DNA of 53,785 nt from NCBI GenBank assembly GCA_021736605.1, contig JAIPFQ010000003.1, positions 1 through 53,785 of the forward strand, read 5' to 3'. Each line of letters begins with the position of its first letter. Within the stretch, counting starts at the first letter, position 1. Positions 49,586 through 53,785 of the stretch are shown here, one piece after another. A model generated the notes under the pieces. That model saw only the letters and a program-made list of their open reading frames with translations. It was not told the origin of the DNA and did no database searches. This DNA comes from Spirochaetales bacterium (GTDB taxonomy: Bacteria; Spirochaetota; Spirochaetia; PWKH01). A program made the position numbers and the translations under genes.

Positions 49586-50350
49586 TTAAATCAGGTAGAA
49601 GGCAAAGGACAAGTAAAAACTCAAACTTCCTGCAATTACAAACAAGTGCCAAATCACATGACTCAATGGTACTTTTTTGGTAAGGTAAAAAATGATTCCC
49701 ACAGAATAGGAGAAGCCTCCAATAAACATCCACACAATAAATCCTGTAGGAGTATAGTGAAACAGCGGTTTCAGAAAAAAGATAAGCAGCCACCCCATGG
49801 GCAGATAGAGCAGATCAGAGAGATAATGCTTTTGCCGATAGATAACTGTTTTCAGGATTGTTCCCATTAAGGCCAGTGCCCAGATAATGCCGAACATCCA
49901 CCATCTCCAAGGATTGGGAATGGCTATCAAAGCTACAGGGGTATAGGTTCCGGCTATCAGAAAATAGATAGCCACCTGATCAAAAACACGGGCAATATTA
50001 AATACTTTGGGAACATCCTTAAATTGATGGGTAATGGTAGATGAAAAATATAATACTATTTGAAATGCCCCATAAACTGAAAATGCTGCGTATTGAACAG
50101 CTGTTCCGTTTTTCAGGTATGTAAGTATCAGCAGAAACACTAAACCGGCTATACTCAAGCCGGCGCCGACGCTGTGGGTTACGGCATTCAATCGCTCTTC
50201 AAGATTATGCTCAACTCCTGAATCCTGTAATTTCTTTGTATCAAGTCTACCAGCTTTTTCCTCGTTTGAGATATCTCCAATTGTATCCGATTTGTTCGGT
50301 TGATTCAGGATATCTGATGATTCTTCAAGTTCTCCATTATTACTTGCCAT
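49586..50350 (-). CDS. Hemolysin III / PAQR-family membrane protein
   Basis: EERLNAVTH, SSTITH, FDQVAIYFLIAGTYTP, SHVIWHLFV. Confidence 0.93.
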   Translation of the reverse strand: MASNNGELEESSDILNQPNKSDTIGDISNEEKAGRLDTKKLQDSGVEHNLEERLNAVTHSVGAGLSIAGLVFLLILTYLKNGTAVQYAAFSVYGAFQIVLYFSSTITHQFKDVPKVFNIARVFDQVAIYFLIAGTYTPVALIAIPNPWRWWMFGIIWALALMGTILKTVIYRQKHYLSDLLYLPMGWLLIFFLKPLFHYTPTGFIVWMFIGGFSYSVGIIFYLTKKVPLSHVIWHLFVIAGSLSFYLSFAFYLI

Positions 50351-50461
50351 TATGTCTGCTGCCTCCGTACACTGCTCTTCAATTAAATTTTCTCAATAGA
50401 CGAAAGTATAATACGATTCGTTCAGCAGGAATACAATAGTTAATATGTACTATTTCATTGC

Positions 50462-50619
50462 TGGCTCAAAAATTTGTGAAAAGGCAGTTAACTTCTTTCT
50501 CAAATTCAGCTGACGTCTTATTCCACTTTTCATCCAATAATGTGCAGTTTTAAAAGTGAATACTATGCAGCATTAGAAAAAGATCTCATGAAATTGGGCC
50601 ATCCCAATGATTTGTGCCA
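50462..50619. repeat. 158-bp inverted-site element, copy I
   Basis: Left TGGCTCAAAAATTTGTGAAAAG; right CCATCCCAATGATTTGTGCCA. Confidence 0.72.
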
Positions 50620-50655
50620 CGGTTTATGCTAAGATAGCTTAACAGGAGGTGTTCT

Positions 50656-51246
50656 ATGAAAATTCTTGGAATAAGCGGAAGCCCGAGGAAAGCGGGAAAC
50701 ACCGGATCAATCATATCATCCATGTTGAAAGGTGCTGAACAAGCAGGAGCTGAAACAGAATACATCCAGCTGTACTCTCATCATATCCAAGGATGTATTG
50801 GCTGTGAAAAGTGCCGAAGAGATAAAACCTGCACGCAGTTTTTGGACGGTATGCACCTGCTTTACCCGAAAATTGAAGCGGCAGAAGGGATTATTTTGGG
50901 TTCCCCCACATACAATTACAACGTGACCCCCTGGATGAAGGCCTTTATTGACCGGCTCTATCCTTTTTTCAACTTCAGTAAAGAGCGTCCGGGACCCTAC
51001 AGCTCTCGACTTGCAGAAAAAGGCAAGCGAGCATTGGTATTCGGAGTCTGCGAACAAATCGATCCGAAAGAAATGGGGTACACCATCGTCTCCATGCGAG
51101 ACTCGATTGAAGCCCTCGGCTATACTATTCATGATGAAATGGCATTTACCGCACACTTTTTTGCAAATTCCATCAAAAAAGACAGCAAGGAAAAAAACAG
51201 GGCTGAAATTGCCGGAGTAAAATTCGTCGAATCACTGCAGGAGTAA
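50656..51246 (+). CDS. Flavodoxin-fold iron-sulfur flavoprotein
   Basis: SGSPRKAGNT, CIGCEKCRRDKTC, LGSPTYN, KAFIDR. Confidence 0.9.
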   Translation: MKILGISGSPRKAGNTGSIISSMLKGAEQAGAETEYIQLYSHHIQGCIGCEKCRRDKTCTQFLDGMHLLYPKIEAAEGIILGSPTYNYNVTPWMKAFIDRLYPFFNFSKERPGPYSSRLAEKGKRALVFGVCEQIDPKEMGYTIVSMRDSIEALGYTIHDEMAFTAHFFANSIKKDSKEKNRAEIAGVKFVESLQE

Positions 51247-51247
51247 A

Positions 51248-52258
51248 ATGAAAACACTGAAACCAGTTGATATATGCAGAATCACTGTCATTGTTGATAA
51301 CTACGCGGATACACTGCTTGAATCAAGCCCGGGAGTCGAGCGTTTTCCTTCTGTTCAGGGAAATTCTCTAGCAGCAGACACACTCCTGGCAGAGCATGGA
51401 ATCAGCCTTCTGGTAGAAACCAAAAGCGGAAAAAAATGGCATTCCGTCATTTTCGATGCCGGTTACAGCCCCATAGCCGCCCCGAGAAATTACAAGATGC
51501 TCGGCTTACCGGAACACTTGAAGCATGCGCCTCCGGAAGCACTAGTTATCAGCCATGGACATGAAGACCATGTGGGCGCTCTAGATGAAATGATGACGCT
51601 TACGGGAAATCCTTTGCTGGTGATCCACCCGGAGGCATTTACCTCTCCGCGCTTCTGGAAGGCGGATGACGGCAGACTCTACCGAATCCCCGTCAAAATT
51701 GATCGCGGAGAGATCAACAGCAAGCTGAAATCCCGGGGATCAGCTTTACGGGAGAGTGCCTCCCCGCTGTATCTCGGAGACAATACGATACTCGTGACTG
51801 GGGAAATCCCCAGGGTCACATCATATGAAAGAGGGATGCCGGGTTCCGTTAAAGGAGCAGCCCAACAATCAGGGAAAGATGAAAGCGCTGAAGACAATCA
51901 GGAACTGATCCCCGACCAGATACTCGACGATCAGGCTCTTGTTGTTGATGTCAAAGACCGCGGACTCGTTGTGATTACCGGCTGCGGCCATGCTGGAATC
52001 ATCAACACCACTCTTTATGCGAAAACACTTACTGGAATTGATCAGATTGAGGGAGTGGCTGGAGGCTTCCATTTATCAGGAAAAGAATTCAGCGAAATCG
52101 TCATCAGAACCGCAGAGGATCTCCATCAAATGAATCCACATCGAGTAATACCGATGCACTGCACAGGATTAATGGCAAAAGAGGTCTTGAAAAACCAGTT
52201 CAAAGAACGTTATGTTGAAAGTTCAGTTGGAACAGTGCTTGCTTTCCCGTTCCAGTAA
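51248..52258 (+). CDS. MBL-fold metallo-hydrolase (DHPS-like/MJ0448 type)
   Basis: IVDN, AEHGISL, FDAG, ISHGHEDH, TGEIPR, DDQAL, TGCGHAG, GGFHL, PMHCTG. Confidence 0.9.
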   Translation: MKTLKPVDICRITVIVDNYADTLLESSPGVERFPSVQGNSLAADTLLAEHGISLLVETKSGKKWHSVIFDAGYSPIAAPRNYKMLGLPEHLKHAPPEALVISHGHEDHVGALDEMMTLTGNPLLVIHPEAFTSPRFWKADDGRLYRIPVKIDRGEINSKLKSRGSALRESASPLYLGDNTILVTGEIPRVTSYERGMPGSVKGAAQQSGKDESAEDNQELIPDQILDDQALVVDVKDRGLVVITGCGHAGIINTTLYAKTLTGIDQIEGVAGGFHLSGKEFSEIVIRTAEDLHQMNPHRVIPMHCTGLMAKEVLKNQFKERYVESSVGTVLAFPFQ

Positions 52259-52276
52259 GTTTTACTTTTTTTTTAC

Positions 52277-52433
52277 TGGCTTAAAAATTAGTGATTAGCT
52301 GATTTTTTTACAAAGCAGTAACTTTGTTGGAACTTTTTTATCTGGAACAGTACTGTGACGGTTTAAATCCAAGGGAAAAGGACAACTCTTAAGAAATTGT
52401 TCATTGAATACTCAATCACTAATTTTTAAGCCA
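52277..52433. repeat. 157-bp inverted-site element, copy J
   Basis: Perfect 20-bp inverted repeat TGGCTTAAAAATTAGTGATT / AATCACTAATTTTTAAGCCA. Confidence 0.88.
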
Positions 52434-52452
52434 CGATTTAAAGGACCCCCAT

Positions 52453-53475
52453 ATGCAATTACTTCCGTCTTTCACTACCCTTACTCCGGAAAAAATCCTC
52501 TCCAGCGTAGAAGAGTTCTGCGGTTTCTTTTTAAACGGAGTGCTGACCCCCTACAACAGCTACATTAACAGGGTCTACGGCATTCAGAACGATGAAACCG
52601 ACGAACGCTACATCGTGAAGTTTTATCGCCCAGGCCGATGGAGCAGAGCAGCTGTGCTGGAAGAGCATCATTTCCTTAGACAATGCGCCGATGAGGAGAT
52701 ACCGGTAATCCCTCCTATGCCCGCACGGAAGCATCATGATAAAAAATCCATGGAGGAAGGGACAATTGGAGAAGTCGACGGCTTCCTTTTTGCGGTGTTC
52801 CCCCTTCGTTCCGGTCGGCAGCTGGACATCACTTCTGATCAGGACTGGGTGCGTCTCGGATCAATTATCGGCCGTATGCATGCCGTAGGGAAACGTGAAG
52901 ATACATTACACCGAATCATCTGCTCGCCGGAAGCATCAACCCAAGCCCATTGCAGGGAACTTCTGGAAAAAAGGCTTGTCCACCCCAATTGTGCTGAAGA
53001 GTTCAAATCGATTACACAGGAGACCCTGGAACTCATTCAGCCGGTATTTAAAGAGACGGCAATTTCTCGTATTCATGGCGACTGCCACCGGGGAAACATC
53101 CTCGACCGACTTGAGGAGGGACTTATTCTAATTGATTTTGATGACATGATGATGGGTCCGCCGGTTCAGGACCTCTGGCTGCTGCTGCCGGGCCATCTGA
53201 CTGACTGCCGTACAGAGATAGATCTCCTCCTCTATGGCTATACCCAATTCACGGATTTTGATCGTACAACCCTGCAGCTCATTGAGCCCCTCCGTTTTAT
53301 GCGCATCATCTACTTTCTTACTTGGAGCGCACTCCAGATTGAGGACCGCACATTCCAGCATAATTTCCCCAATTGGGGCACAGAGCATTTCTGGATCAAA
53401 GAGATTGAAGACTTACGTTATCAGCTGCAGATGATTCGTGGGCACCTTGCTGATGATTCAATCACCTGGGGCTAA
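52453..53475 (+). CDS. srkA: Stress-response Ser/Thr kinase SrkA (RdoA/YihE)
   Basis: NSYINRVY, VKFYRPGRWS, IHGDCHRGN, IDFDD, PVQDLW, LIEPLR. Confidence 0.92.
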   Translation: MQLLPSFTTLTPEKILSSVEEFCGFFLNGVLTPYNSYINRVYGIQNDETDERYIVKFYRPGRWSRAAVLEEHHFLRQCADEEIPVIPPMPARKHHDKKSMEEGTIGEVDGFLFAVFPLRSGRQLDITSDQDWVRLGSIIGRMHAVGKREDTLHRIICSPEASTQAHCRELLEKRLVHPNCAEEFKSITQETLELIQPVFKETAISRIHGDCHRGNILDRLEEGLILIDFDDMMMGPPVQDLWLLLPGHLTDCRTEIDLLLYGYTQFTDFDRTTLQLIEPLRFMRIIYFLTWSALQIEDRTFQHNFPNWGTEHFWIKEIEDLRYQLQMIRGHLADDSITWG

Positions 53476-53534
53476 ACCTTTACGTGAGGACATCAATAGA
53501 CTTTTCAAGTTAATATGCAGCTCCAAAACGCTCC

Positions 53535-53785
53535 TCAAGCCGCCATGAACTTCGGATTGTAGGGATTCCCAGTGCCCTCAGGGGTCTCAAACTCCCGCAG
53601 CCAGGCCCGCCTCTGCGTCTCAGAGAGGTTCTGCTGCTCCCGGGAAAACCAGGCCCGCCGCGTAAAGAGCCCCTTCTCGTTCTTCCTGATCAGCTCCGGG
53701 TCGATGCCCGCCTTGATCGCATGGGTGATGTGCCGCTCATCCGTACGGTCGTTTATGAGAAAGGGCTTGCGGAAGTTGTGCATGT
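53535..53785 (-). mobile_element. 3' end of a probable IS transposase (ORF truncated by window edge)
   Basis: Abrupt GC increase relative to neighbours. HNFRKPF resembles the HNxxRPH/KP segment that follows the catalytic Glu of DDE transposases. The catalytic core is not visible. Confidence 0.4.

Noticed and set aside
41280-52433. Repeats as integron attC sites
   Set aside because: No RYYYAAC...GTTRRRY ends, interiors are not palindromic, genes are in mixed orientation, and there is no IntI.

Overview
53.8-kb window of a bacterial chromosome, most likely a free-living anaerobic spirochaete (inferred from the style of the IF-1, DbpA-domain and solute-binding-protein sequences; not proven). 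The left two thirds (1-35 kb) holds mostly metabolic and housekeeping genes. These include an AfuABC/Fbp-type ABC transporter with an adjacent two-component system, fhs, and a LacI-controlled alpha-glucoside operon (AglEFG, amylosucrase, GH65-beta-phosphoglucomutase fusion). Also present are a Fur/DUF5320/NifX cluster, yibE/F-alkaline phosphatase, mltG, a degenerate DEAD-box/DbpA protein, dksA, infA, smr, a CBS-ACT gene and livKHMGF. After tRNA-Arg(CCT) at 35.4 kb comes an accessory patchwork: diguanylate cyclase, an orphan, flavoproteins, GNAT, aldo/keto reductase, cN-II-type nucleotidase, flippase, an ars cluster, hemolysin III, srkA and a probable transposase end. The most striking unexplained structure is a dispersed ~22-bp motif (consensus TGGCWYAAARHTTAGTGATAGG) with at least 18 copies. 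Most form inward-facing pairs, and five of the seven clear pairs span 157-158 bp although their interiors are largely unrelated. These sites punctuate most gene boundaries between 41 and 52.5 kb. Second is a DeaD/DbpA-like pseudo-helicase whose Walker A and DEAD motifs are destroyed and which has an internal in-frame start for its RNA-binding domain.
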